Shown here piece after piece: positions 34,979 through 46,653 of a DNA stretch of 64,000 nucleotides. The notes below the pieces were generated by a model, which saw only the letters and a list, made by a program, of their open reading frames with translations, was not told the DNA's origin and ran no database searches. Source of the stretch: Pelomyxa schiedti (lineage: Eukaryota; Protista; Evosea); the NCBI GenBank assembly GCA_020536535.1, contig JAHLWZ010000850.1, positions 11,186 through 75,185 on the forward strand. The letters are read 5' to 3'. A program made the position numbers and the translations under genes. Each line of letters begins with the position of its first letter. Positions within the stretch are counted from its first letter, which is position 1.

Positions 34979-37547
34979 TTACGACCTGTCTCCGGCGTGG
35001 GGGTATGCGTCCAAAGGCCACAGTGCGGGTCCGTCCCATTCGCGAATTCCTGGTATGTGGTGAGGGGTGGTTGAGCAAAAGAAATGAAAGCCTACTTGTC
35101 ATATTGTCAAGAACTGACTGCAGTTCCTGTTCAACGCCGAGTTTGCGTGCGGTGGCCATAGTCGGGACACCTGTTTCTACATCGTAGCCGTGTATTTCAT
35201 AGTAATGAGCGAGAAGCTGTTGGAATTGCTCACGCTGCCTGGCACCTTCCTCGGTGGCTGGCAGTAATGAGATTATAAGAAGATAAGGTGGAATGTAACC
35301 TGCGACTTCCGGGAGCTGGGGGAAAGAATCGTGCTTCCTAGAACAACCTTGCTTGATGTTAATTAAGCGCTCAATGAAGTAAACTCGATCAGCAAGCTCA
35401 TTCAGTACTGGGCCAGACCAATGGTCCGCAATTCCTGTCGCAGCAACGAGGAGTTTAACTAGCCCACCGTAGAGTGGCTCCTTCCAACATAGGGGCACTG
35501 CTGCTGTCCACGAATTAACAGCTCCCTTACATCTACCAATGCAATCAGTGAGAGTCGTTGCCCGCTCGGAGATAGTCAAGGCGACAACAGAGTCTGTCTT
35601 GAACTCAGCTGGGAACTCGTCCGGTTTGAGCAGAAGACGTGGGAGGAGATCCTCAGGATCGTTTTCCATGTACGCCCAAGACCTATACTGGTTAGGAAAA
35701 CCTCTGGGACAGTGTTAGATACCTTCCGCGAAGATGGTCAGCTCCACGTGTGGAAATTGCGTGAGACAGTGCCCACATGCCTGCTTCATGAGGGCCACGG
35801 CTCACACCTTTTACGTGATAGCAACGCCTCAGAGCTTCTTCTCCCATCAATTTGGCAAATGAGTAGTACCCCTCGGCAAGGACATTCCCAAATCCTAGTA
35901 GATTATCAATACCCTGGAGAAAAGGTCATGGCAAGGGAACCCTGGCGGAGGGCAATTCTATGGATGAGCTCCACTTGATTTTCAGCATTTTCCCATTCCA
36001 AAGAAAGACCTCCAGTAACCTAAAGTTGTTTACTACGTTCATGAAGAACCTGGCAACTTACTGTATCATTGATGAACCCTTTGTTGTACAAATCTTTGGC
36101 AAGTGCTATGTCATTTCCAAGAGCAATTACATCCATTCCATACGCGTCAGAGAGGTTCTCCATTTCCAGAATGGTGACAGGATCTTTGATGCCGCAATTG
36201 GTACCAAGACACATTATACCCTCGTATTCCAAGGCTGCCCCCTTTTCACCAGCACGTCTATGGCCTTTGGGCATGGCATACGCATTTTTGCACTTGACAG
36301 GGCACCCAAGACAGCCATGCCTTCCGGTCTGATTCTCAATAAATACAAGCCAAAAGGAAAAAGATGGCTGCGGACCTCATATTGTTTCCAGCTATCAGGT
36401 TGCAAGTTCAGAGGCACTTGGTCTTCTGTCCAATACTCTGAGTAATACCTGTGGCCTGGTTTCCAATGGGCCATACCAATATGTGTTCCATATCTGACAG
36501 GTTCTTAGAATGCACTACTAATCATGCAATGGAACGCACTTGCTGATAGTTTCTTTGTACTTGGGGTTTGTTAAAAAGAAGTTTACATCTTCAGCAGCCA
36601 ATGAATCGAACGTTGCCTGACAATCAATCAAAATCAGAAGGATTTTAGCAGACTTACCTTATCACATAAGGGTACTTCTGTCTTACCAAAAGCAAAGACA
36701 GCCTTAAGTAATTTGGAACCCCACACAGCTCCTAAACGAGTCAAATTAATATGGATACTACACAATGTGATAGGGCCCTACCACTTCCTTTAGCAGCCGA
36801 AGCATATTTATCCACCATTGTAGAGGATGCTCTTGCCTGAGAAACAGTTAATAAATTACCTTGGAGTGGTAAAGTACCAAGTTTTCTCCCGCTTGTCCGA
36901 TGCCCATAACACTTCCAGCTCCATGGACCTCCTTCAGTTTGTCTGTCGCGACCCATATAGATTTACCCCAAATTTCACTGGCGTCGCGCAACTCTGCCCC
37001 GGTACTCGTGATAAGAAGATACTGAGGTCTTGGGGCTTTGCCATGAATTACAATTTGATCAATCCCGCACCTCTTGAGGTGGAATCCGAACATGCCACCT
37101 ACATTCCCATCCCCAAGTATAGCTGCACAGCTTAGAAACTGCTTTTTTGGAGAGAAGCCATACCACTGTAGGCTGAAATGGTACTGACCTCTGTTCTGCA
37201 GGACATGGGTAATCTTGTACCAGTGAACGGTCCGGGAGCTATACAAATTCTATTTTCAGGACCCAAAGGATCGCAATTTATGGGGCACTCCTCAAAAAGC
37301 ACTTTCGAATTGAGTCCACGACCCCCCATGTACCTGGTAGGGGAAGAAAAAGAAAACAGTGAGTATTGCATACAATACTAAAAGTAAGATCTTACTTGAG
37401 AGCTAGAGAGAGTTTCAAAGGGACGGATGTAATAGTTTGGGCAGTGAGATCCACACGAAGAATTGTTCCCATCCAGCCTCCGTGAGCCACTGGATCTTCT
37501 GTCGTTGTTGTCGCTGATGCAGTAGCAGGTACGGTCGTTGTCGCCAT
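34979..37547 (-). CDS. Aldehyde:ferredoxin oxidoreductase family (AOR/AFOR, W/Mo-bis-pterin + [4Fe-4S]), more than 10 spliceosomal introns
   Basis: GGWMGTILRVDLT...YMGGRGLNSKVL, GNVGGMFGFHLKRCGIDQIVIHGKA, IGQAGENLV, RLGAVWGSKLLKA, GCLGCPVKC (three Fe-S Cys), DAYGMD and DCIGRC (DxxGL(C/D)-type motifs; the second carries the fourth Cys), STRGADHLRG, C-terminal EWDGPALWPLDAYPHAGDRS*. Confidence 0.93.
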
Positions 37548-37803
37548 AGCGGAAGGACTTACTTTATTTTTTTTTGATTTGTGATTTTGTTCTCCTGAAT
37601 GTCGTGAGCGGAAAACCGTTTCTTCTCTACAGGCCGCACCAGGATGTACCATCCTTCCATTTTTGAATTCAGTCACAGATCTTCCGGAGGGAAGGGAGGC
37701 AGAGTCTTCCTCAGGCCCGGCTTGACAGTGAGTTCTTGTGGATCACTCAGGAACTCCTGCCACTGTCCGGTCAGTGGAGTTTTCGTGCAGGCTCTCAGTA
37801 TAG

Positions 37804-40800
37804 ATGCCGTTTCGAAACCCCTTCCAGATATTGACTATGGACCAAGAGGCGCCGTTGTTGCCTGGTGAAGTGGACCAATTGGTCCAAGACATCCCACTAT
37901 CGCGTGGAGATCCAGTGCGTGCCGTCAAGAGGCTTTTGCGTGGAATAGTGTTTGCTGAGGGTGGTATTGAACTAAACTCAGAACACTCGGCGTCCCGTAG
38001 GCCCAAAGCTAAGACCACGGCCGTGTCTGTCCCACAATCCAGTGAATCTGCTGATCGAGTCGACAAGGCCTTGCGTGAACTTTCCCAACGTTGTCCTGAG
38101 ATACTCTCAGTCTCTTTGGCTGCTGTGATTTCTGACTGTAGTATTCCAGTGATGGTATTAAAATGCGCACTGTGATCCCATCATCTATCTTCCTATCATT
38201 ATTGTGTCCTTCCCAGTCAGTGTTGTGCTGTGTTTTCTTGTGTAACATTGTACTTGAAAATCTAATGTATGGATACCTTGGTTATAGTTGAGAAGATTGG
38301 CTTTGATCTACCTGGAAAAATTACTCTCAGCTGCAACCAGGGTTTTGGGATCAGCAATCCATCACCGTATCAAGGTGGTAACGTGATAATGATGAAGTTT
38401 TGGTTAAACCTTCTATTAGGCACAACTACAGGAGGCGATTAGCCGTGAGAAGGATAGAAAACTCCTCAAACCATTGTGCTCAGCTGTGCTGAGCTGTTTC
38501 TTGAATACAGGCGTGTTCCCAGTGTATTATTTACGCTCACTTGCAGATAAGAGGTTTTTTCTTTGAGTTAACTGCCCTTTACCCAGGCCAAGACAGTCTC
38601 CCATTTGTACTTCAGTTCATCAAGTCAACAGTGTGTGCTTGTTGTTACCAACTGGTGCCTCACAAACATAGGAGGAATATCACAGGGTAGCAGGTTTCTC
38701 AATGCTGTCAGAGTTGTCTGTTGGCCCTCAGTCCAATCTTTCCCAAGTTACTACTCTTCTGTATATGGGACTAAAGGACACAAGCTTATCAGTACGTTAG
38801 ATGCCAAATCTGGGCTTCTCACTTTTTTTTTCAGGTACGAAATGAAGCTCTCTGTGCTGTTACTTCATTTGCTGCTGTCACAGCAACAATTAAACCTTTT
38901 CAGGGATTTATTCCCCTTCTATTAGAAGTGTGGCTCCTTTTCAATTTTGGAGACATTTTATCTTCAAGCTAGACACTCAATATGGCTGTGTGGCAAAAAG
39001 AGCAAGAATACTCTGTAAAAATCATCTCCAATTTTCTGGACTTGACGGAGAGTCACCCCTGCTTCTTCAACCCTCATTTATCAGATGTCTTCTCCTGCAT
39101 GTTTCTCATTGCCTCTTCACCAACAAACTCTGATGGTAATGGTCGTTTTGGTTTTTTGAAGTAACCATCCCATAGAATTACGGCAGGATGCTATAGAATT
39201 TTTTGTTTCTTTAACTGAAATTGCCCCATCCAGTGTGAAACGGTACCGATTCATCTTTTCTTTCAAACTCACTCCAACTACCAGCAAACTGCCAGCACTA
39301 TTTCCCACAATTATTGTTTTCCTCCTTGAACTTCTCTCCACCATAAGTGATGATACTGAACAATGGGAATCAGATCTTGATGATGACGATGTTACAAATA
39401 TTTCCGTGGCAGAGCAAGCTTTGGACCGAATTGCGCTTGCTCTTGGATCATCTGCTGTTCCAACACTGCTTTCATCTGTTTCAAGTATGCTTACTAACAA
39501 AACGGAATGGAAGAAAAGGTGGGGAGGCCTTATTGGCCTCTCTGCTTGTGTAGAGGGGTGTCATGTTGCTCTTGATAAGCACATCCCTGAAATAATCAGG
39601 TTTCACTACCTTTCATTCTTTTGAATTAAGTTCTTCAGTATTGTTATCCCCCTTCTTGAGGATGAACACCCCCAGGTGAGATGGGCAGCATGCCACTGTA
39701 TTGCACAGTGTTCATCAGATATTGTATACTTTTTTCTGTAGCCTCCTACTCATTAGTAATTAGCCACTCCTTCGAGAAAAATTCGTGGAAATAATTTTGC
39801 CTACCTTACTGGCTCACTTACGTGATCCTTCGTTTAAGTACTTGTGTTCTACCAATAGCAAAGATATTGACTTTTTCTGTAGAGTTTTTCTGCACTGTGT
39901 GGATTCAATTGGACTGTTCCTTCAGGATTGCCCCTATTCGAAACTGGAACCATACTTGGAGCAAGTCTTGGCACAGATTTATCCACTTTTGACCCACTCG
40001 TAAGATTTTCCATTGTTTCAATATACTAATAAAATCTAGACATCCAAAGGTTGGAGAATCAGCAATGCTAGGCCTTGTTGAAATTGTACAGGTCTCTCAA
40101 GGGCATTTCTTCAGAGTATTACCATTTATCAATACTACTTCTTATACCTGCAGTTTTATGACATCTTTGTTCCTGTTTTGAAAAAGTGCACCTGCCAAAG
40201 ATTATTGCACTGATTAATTTGGTTCTAGTATGCTAAAAATGCTGAAAAGTTCTGGTGATTGTGCTAGGAAAAAAATTCAGTACGCTGCTATGGAGTGCCT
40301 CAGCTTAATTGGTATGAGTTAGGTTTTTACGCATCTTAGTTCAACTGACAGCTATATCTGTGGGCAAGCAGCACTTTCAAAAAGATGCCCATGAAGTATT
40401 AGGTGATATTCTTAGCATAATGGCTGTATGTTAGTACTGGGGTTTTCCTCTTATAAGTACTTATAAGATGCCTGGGATGGATGGAGAAAAGTATTCCTTT
40501 GTGCACCAGACGTTGTGTCGATTTTCTGAGTGTCTTGGTACCGACTTCTCCCCGTTTTTGTCTCTGGTAATACCGCAATTGATTGCTCAAGCTTCCCAAG
40601 AAATAACAGAGCCTGGCAAAGGTACTCTTTGAGCCACTATTTTTTGTATCGCTTTTTCAGTTTTAGAGTGTCTTAGTAGTGGAAGCTGTGACACTATTAT
40701 TGAGACACTTAATTTGCTTAAACTTTATGGAACAAATCTGGCAAATGAGTTTATTTCTTTTGTTCCAGAGGTCAGTAAACTTGTTCTGAAGCATCTCACA

Positions 40801-42571
40801 TGTACAGAAAATGACGGTATTTACTTCATTATTCCTTCATTAGATTACGAGAGCATTTTGTTACTTGGCTTACTTTCTTTGTAGAAATACGGAAGGCTGC
40901 AAGTGATCTTGTTCCAACATTATTCCACTGCATTTCCATTGTTGATAACAGTACTTCGGCAAGCTCTGATGTATACCACGCACACAAGACTGCCCTTTGG
41001 CGTGCAATGTACCGTGGAATAATGGGGAGCATTTCTTTAGTTGCCGACAAAGAGACTATCCTTGAACAATTGGAGGGATTGTTGGAAGTTACCCTTTATT
41101 CCATCCTTACTCCCTCTTATTCTCAAAAGACACTTCCTTTCATTGATGCGGATTGCCTTACTGTTGAAGAGTTCTCTCAGTTTACGAACTTTTTGACTGA
41201 CACTTTCAGACACTTCCATGAAACCAACACTCGTGCAAGTTGGTTTCTTTTGCAAAACAAAAAAAGTCAATCTTCTCTGTCCCAGTTACTCGTGGAATGA
41301 GTGAGGAACTTGAAGAGTTGACTGAACTGGAAGAAGAAGAAAAAATGGATGGTAGCATTGCAATTCAGGTTAACAACTTTATTTTTCCTTTCTTGTAAAA
41401 ATCAATGAAGGCATGTGAATGCACAAAGAAGATGGCTTCTCTGAATAAACTTGGGGAATATTGCAGTTACTTTGCCTCTGACCTTCTTCCAGTTGTACTA
41501 GTACTAATGGTTATTTTACAAGCACCAAAAATCCTTTAAACACAGTAGAAAGGGTGCTGAGCGACCTTACACTGAGAGATGTCTTGCACTGTGTGCATAT
41601 GATGACCTCCTTGAACTATCCTGGTTTCCAAAAAAAAAAAAACAACCAAGTAAATTAAGACATGGAAGGGAAGCAGCACAGTGTCATTTTCATCATTTCA
41701 TTGACCTTTTACTGACAAATGTTACGGTTCATGACGCCAGTCTACGACAATCAGCAGCCTATGGCCTAGGTTTGTGGGTGCCAGCTTTCTAAGATTAATA
41801 CTCTCCAGGATTGTGTGCCATGAAAGGAGGGGACTTTTTTGTGCCATTTGCACCAAAGGCTCTCTCGGCCTTGCGCAATGCAGTAAATGACCCCTTAGAC
41901 GGGTCTGAGTCGAGCCAGGCCGCAACTGACAATGTTATATCTGCGTTATTCAAAATTTGTACTTCAGCGAGTGGTGTGTACCTCCGCAAAAAAAAAAAAA
42001 GTTCTAGCCAAGATAAGCAACAATCAGCCAACCAACTCACCCACCCCGAAGCCAAATCCTAACCAACCGCATCAGGAAGAATAGTGGACGATATCACTCT
42101 TTGGCCGATTCTACTGCAATCACTTCCTATTGTTACTGATACAGTGGAGGCCCTTATTGTTTATGATTCCCTGGCTACACTTCTCCACAGGTAATTTCCT
42201 GCAACCCAAAGGCTTCCCATAACTCCAACTCGCCACGAACTACCCAACCCACCCCAAAAAGGTCCCCGGCCGTCGCTCTCGGCAGAAACTTCGAGTACCT
42301 TGGGCAGGTGATCAGGGTGATCGCCCGCGTGGCCAATTCCAAGTTGGTTACGCCCGAGACGAACCTGAAGCTCGCAGAGTTCCTGCACCAGGTTGCCACA
42401 ACAACAGCACAAACGCCGGCAGGGCCGACGCAGCCCATTCTGATGCAGTTATGGGAATCCCTCAGCGCAGACGCCAAACAGAACATAGTGCAACTCCAGA
42501 CCCTCTGGAACACACACTCCCAACAAGCTCAGCAGGCGCAATCCACACAACAAACATCAAATTCCTCTTAA
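37804..42571 (+). CDS. IPO5: Importin-5 / karyopherin beta-3 (Pse1/Kap121-like) HEAT-repeat protein
   Basis: DDDDVTNISVAEQALDRIALALG...WKKRWGGLIGLSACVEGC and EDEHPQVRWAACHCIAQ; later HEAT exons (AAMECLSLIG, AATDNVISALFKI, LPIVTDTVEA). Confidence 0.85.
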
Positions 42572-42634
42572 TTTATCCCTATCAGATCTTTGTGTTCGTT
42601 TTTTTTCGAACGTTAAAGAGTGAGGGAAAAAAAA

Positions 42635-45600
42635 ATGCGAAAGGGATTTGCGGCTACAGGGAGCCCATTTTTGTGCTTGTTGTTGACATTTGTCGTCACT
42701 TGTGCAACTGTAAGTATTAGATTGTATCTGCACTGCTGAGCTATTTGTTGAACACCACTGTTTTCCAAGGGGGCAGAGCCTTTGAACTTCTATGTATTTG
42801 ACCTGGCCTATATTTCTGACCTGACCCCTGAGTGTGCCTATGAGCATCAACACGTTGTGGCTGCCCTCTGTGGCCTGGCAAATAGGGATGACCTAAGTGT
42901 ATACATAGAACTTACATCTACTGATTCTGAGTGGTTGGAGTGGTCACTGTCATCTGGAAAATGGCTGTGTGTTTAGTAATTATTCTATACCTCTTTTTTC
43001 ATTATGTTGTATTTCCATTGAGAGTGTTCGTTCTTTTTTCCTCCAATCCTTCATTCTAATAATTGTAGGGAGGGATATGAACCCGTATCTGTGTCATCTC
43101 TCGAGGAATTACTCAGTGCTCTATCTAGTTTCTATACCGGCGTTGTGCTGTATGACACAAATGTTTACAAAAATGAAATACATGCACATGCAACACACTT
43201 TTCCAGGTACCGTCTACAAGTATGGTAGCTTCGACAATAGCAGGCATTGAGAAACTTCTACCCATTCCTTACCGGCCATCTGATCCAGATTCTTTGTGTG
43301 TATTTATTTTATTTTTCTACCATTATACTCACTGTTCACCTCGTAGGTACAACAAATTGGTTGTTGCAGGGCTCCAGCTTCCAGTAGTTAAGTCCTTAGT
43401 TGGAATGTTTAATGGAAGTATATCTGGTATCTCCTTTCATGTCAGTAGATTAATAGTATTGATGGACATGCTCAGGTAGCTCCAAGTGTGATGCCTATTT
43501 GTGGGCAAAGGATCAATACATGGACACTGGACTTGCCAATCCATGCAAGATGGGATACTGTACTTCGTGAAAGGATAATTTTTCTGTTAACATTTTCTAA
43601 GACCTGGACTGGTGGTGGACTACTGTAGCAGAAACCTCTGGTCTCCCATACTATGTTAATACTGTTACAAATCATGACTACTTTATTTCACAGCGTGGCT
43701 TTTTCTGGGATCTTGATGTACAAAATACACAAACATTGGAAAATAGTAATTGCAAACTATAAGGTATGGTGGGATGAAACTCCCAATGATGATCCATCAC
43801 AACCTCTTGGAACTGATCCAAATACCCTCACCACCCTTCTTCTGGCAGCATATCAGCAATCGAAGGTTGGAAATCTTGCCAGAATTTGTAATTCATTGCT
43901 CAGAGTGAATGTATGATCCATGTTGGGGGATTTACACCCTGGGCTTTTAAGTATGTTGGATGGAAGCATGAAGGCGTGGAGACAGAGTGGCAAACTGCCA
44001 AAATAACCTCGGCCTACAATGCTTGTACATTCCCTTCCCATGGAGAATCGTCTATAATGTATTTTAGATATCGACGCTGATGCATGTTGCATTCAACAAA
44101 TGGCAAATGCAGCTTTTTTCCACCATATGCCTCTCAAATTAAGGTATGCACAAAATCCAGCTCCAACATATGAGGATCTGGTCTCGAAAGGCTATATTGT
44201 AGACGACAGAGTGAGCCCCATTTAATACGCCAAACCTGATAATCCCCAAGGTAGCACGAAAAACTTATTTTATGTTCTATGTTGGAGACTACGATAGTGC
44301 CGTAATGTATTTTATTTCCTTTTCATTACTCATTGCCTCAAAAGGCTTGGGTATACAATGAAATAAAAGGGTAATGAGAGAATTCCCTTTCTATTACTGA
44401 GAGATCCAGTTTTTGGGATGACCCAGAGAGGGGAACAGTCCCCTTGGGTTGGGCTGTCAACCCCAACTTAGCAGAGCGAATACCCCTTGCCTTTGAGTAC
44501 ATGATGACTTCATTAACCCCAAATGACCGTTTAATAACTGGGGATTCTGGCTCTGGATGTTGCATCGAATTACTAAAAGTGTCAGTAACAATTTCTCAGA
44601 TGTGAATCCCACACAACTGCTTGAGCCACGGCAGATTTCAAATTTGACCTCTGCAGAGTCTTTGTGGGTACAATACAATATTCCGTATTACAGGCAATTT
44701 TCCATTACATTTACTGGATTCCTCATAAATGGGGCATCAGGCACTATGACTAAAGAAGCTGAAATGGTTTTCTTTCTTTTCTTCTTCTTTTTGTCAAGAT
44801 ATTAACTCGTATTTAGATGTACACCTCATTTTCCTGGGACGGTAATTTTCTTGGGAATCGGTGATGTTCTTTATATTCCTTAGGAATGGTGGAGCAGTTT
44901 GGATATGAACCTTCAAGCTCCTTTTTAACAGGTATTCTCGCTGTATTGTGTTTTATGGTAACCACCTCCCAGAAATGGTTCAAAATACCCCTGTATTTGA
45001 AGAGGTGGATATCTCTGGATCTGCCCAAGACGCAGCAAATACAATATTGTCATACCACACACTTGGCAGTATACAATTCCAAGTGTACCGTGGCATTCTA
45101 CAGACTCCATCATGGTACAAACAGGTCAGTGATAATTTTTTTGATTATGTTACACCAATCTCTAGGTTGTTGATATCGTCCAAAGTAAAAGAGACATTGT
45201 TGTTGTAGATCCCGTTGAGTTGGCTTATCTTGCTCGGTACCATATGCAAGGCAACAATGATAATAGAGTAGCCTATATAAATGACACTCTTCCGGCTTCT
45301 CTTTTGCACACTGGAGAATCATTTCAGTTAGCAGTCACAACGAGAAATGATGGCTGGAGTACGTTTCGTTCCCACAATCTCTTCTAACCGAGACCAGATA
45401 CCTTGTATTCTCAGTCCTGCTATCTTCATTGCCATTTTGACAGCTCAGAAAGTAGTGAATTATGTGGGTTCTATCTCACAGCCGGTATGCACTGCGGTTC
45501 TCTTGAAATTAGTTCACCTTGATATTAGACATTATGAGTGGGGATTATGGGCAGGTAGTGGGAGAAGTTCCAGCCATCCCTCTCCTGGCTGGGTCACACA

Positions 45601-45689
45601 CATTCACCTATCAATTAACACAGCAAGATGGCACCCCTTTCTCACAGTTTGGCAACATCCCCTGGGAGGCTATTGTGCAAGTACTATAG
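42635..45689 (+). CDS. Secreted GxGYxYP-family putative glycoside hydrolase
   Basis: Signal peptide MRKGFAATGSPFLCLLLTFVVTCAT; HVVAALCGLANRD; YFMFYVGDYDSA; ITGDSGSG|YVNPTQL (GxGYxYP-like); TGFLING; Ig-like C-terminal tail ending ...WEAIVQVL*. Confidence 0.7.
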
Positions 45690-45764
45690 GACTGTTTGTT
45701 TGTTCTTCATTAAATTGTGCCAAAAGATGTTCCATTTCCCTGAAACACAAAATTTAAAAAAAAA

Positions 45765-46323
45765 ATGATGGCAAGCAATAGAACTCCTATGACAGAGGTG
45801 ATCCCTGGCCAGTTGTTTCTGGGATCAGAATTCGATGCAGGTGACAGACAACTACTCAAAAGACATGGCATAACACACGTACTCACTGTCGAGTTGGCAT
45901 TCGATCCGCCGTTTCCCGATGTTTGTTTTTTGTGCTTTTCTGAATCCCCCACTCAGATTTAACAATATTTTCCACACTGAATGCCTTTGGCAGGAATTTC
46001 AATACAAGGTTGTGGCTGTTGAGGACTGCACGCAACACTCCCTGCTCCTAAAGTCACAGTTCGATTCCTGCATCGAATTCATTGACAACGCCCTCGTTTC
46101 CCACAATGGCGTGGGAGGCCGGGTACTTGTCCACTGCGGGGCCGGAGCCTCGAGATCACCCACCGTTGTTGCAGCGTATCTGATATCTAAAAAGTCACTG
46201 GCAGCGACAGAGGCACTCAACTCACTCAAGAGGCTGAGGCCTATCGTGGACCCCAACGACGGCTTTGTCCAGGCTCTGCATAAATACCAAATGGAGAAGT
46301 TCACCCAGCCGCCAAGAGAATGA
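45765..46323 (+). CDS. Dual-specificity protein phosphatase
   Basis: EVIPGQLFLGS, VEDC, RVLVHCGAGASRSPTVVAAYL (HCxxGxSRS) and RPIVDPNDGF; one intron. Confidence 0.95.
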
Positions 46324-46409
46324 AGTTTTGGGAGTGGAGGAAAACACCCATAAGTATGTCCTTGGATAGTTTTTTGCCTTTATTCAACAAGAATTGAGGG
46401 CTTTCTTTC

Positions 46410-46642
46410 GGGGTTGGTGATGTGGAGGTGGAGTTGAGAGACTTGCTGCGTTTACAGCCGCGCCCTAGGAAGCTTTCAGTAAACAACGTTACCCGAGGTA
46501 GCTCGGGCTCCGTGGTTCGTTTAATGACGCTGCGCATCGGAAGAGGCCGGAAACGGAACATTCAAAAGCGGGCGCTGGGAGCGGTCACAGGAAAACGGGG
46601 CTGAGTGGGAGTCTCAAGATTCAACACTTGCAGCATCAACCC
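46410..46642 (+). ncRNA. Signal recognition particle RNA (7SL), S domain; Alu domain absent or strongly reduced
   Basis: Helix 8 GAAG-AGG-CCG-GAAA-CGG-AACA-UUC (46540-46563; human has AGGUCGGAAACGGAGCA); helix 6 CCCGAG-GUAG-CUCGGG with a GNAR loop (46492-46507); helix 5 pairings GCGCCC/GGGCGC, GAGACU/AGUCUC and GUUGA/UCAAC; terminal GGGUUG/CAACCC followed by a T11 run. Confidence 0.88.
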
Positions 46643-46653
46643 TTTTTTTTTTT
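46643..46653 (+). terminator. Pol III-type oligo(T) terminator of the SRP RNA
   Basis: Eleven T immediately after the 3' strand of the terminal helix. Confidence 0.75.

Noticed and set aside
34890-34981. Possible AOR-MMAB fusion by read-through or splicing
   Set aside because: The 88-nt gap is not a multiple of three and AOR ends with a normal family-like C-terminus. I found no phase-compatible donor/acceptor pair joining the two frames.
34418-35074. Long plus-strand ORFs (218 aa, 158 aa) opposite MMAB
   Set aside because: Antisense shadows of a GC-rich coding exon; the minus strand carries the conserved PduO motifs.
46301-46604. ORFs 46301-46561 (-) and 46422-46604 (+)
   Set aside because: They overlap the SRP RNA and the DUSP stop, show no protein motif, and are chance ORFs in a GC-rich RNA gene.
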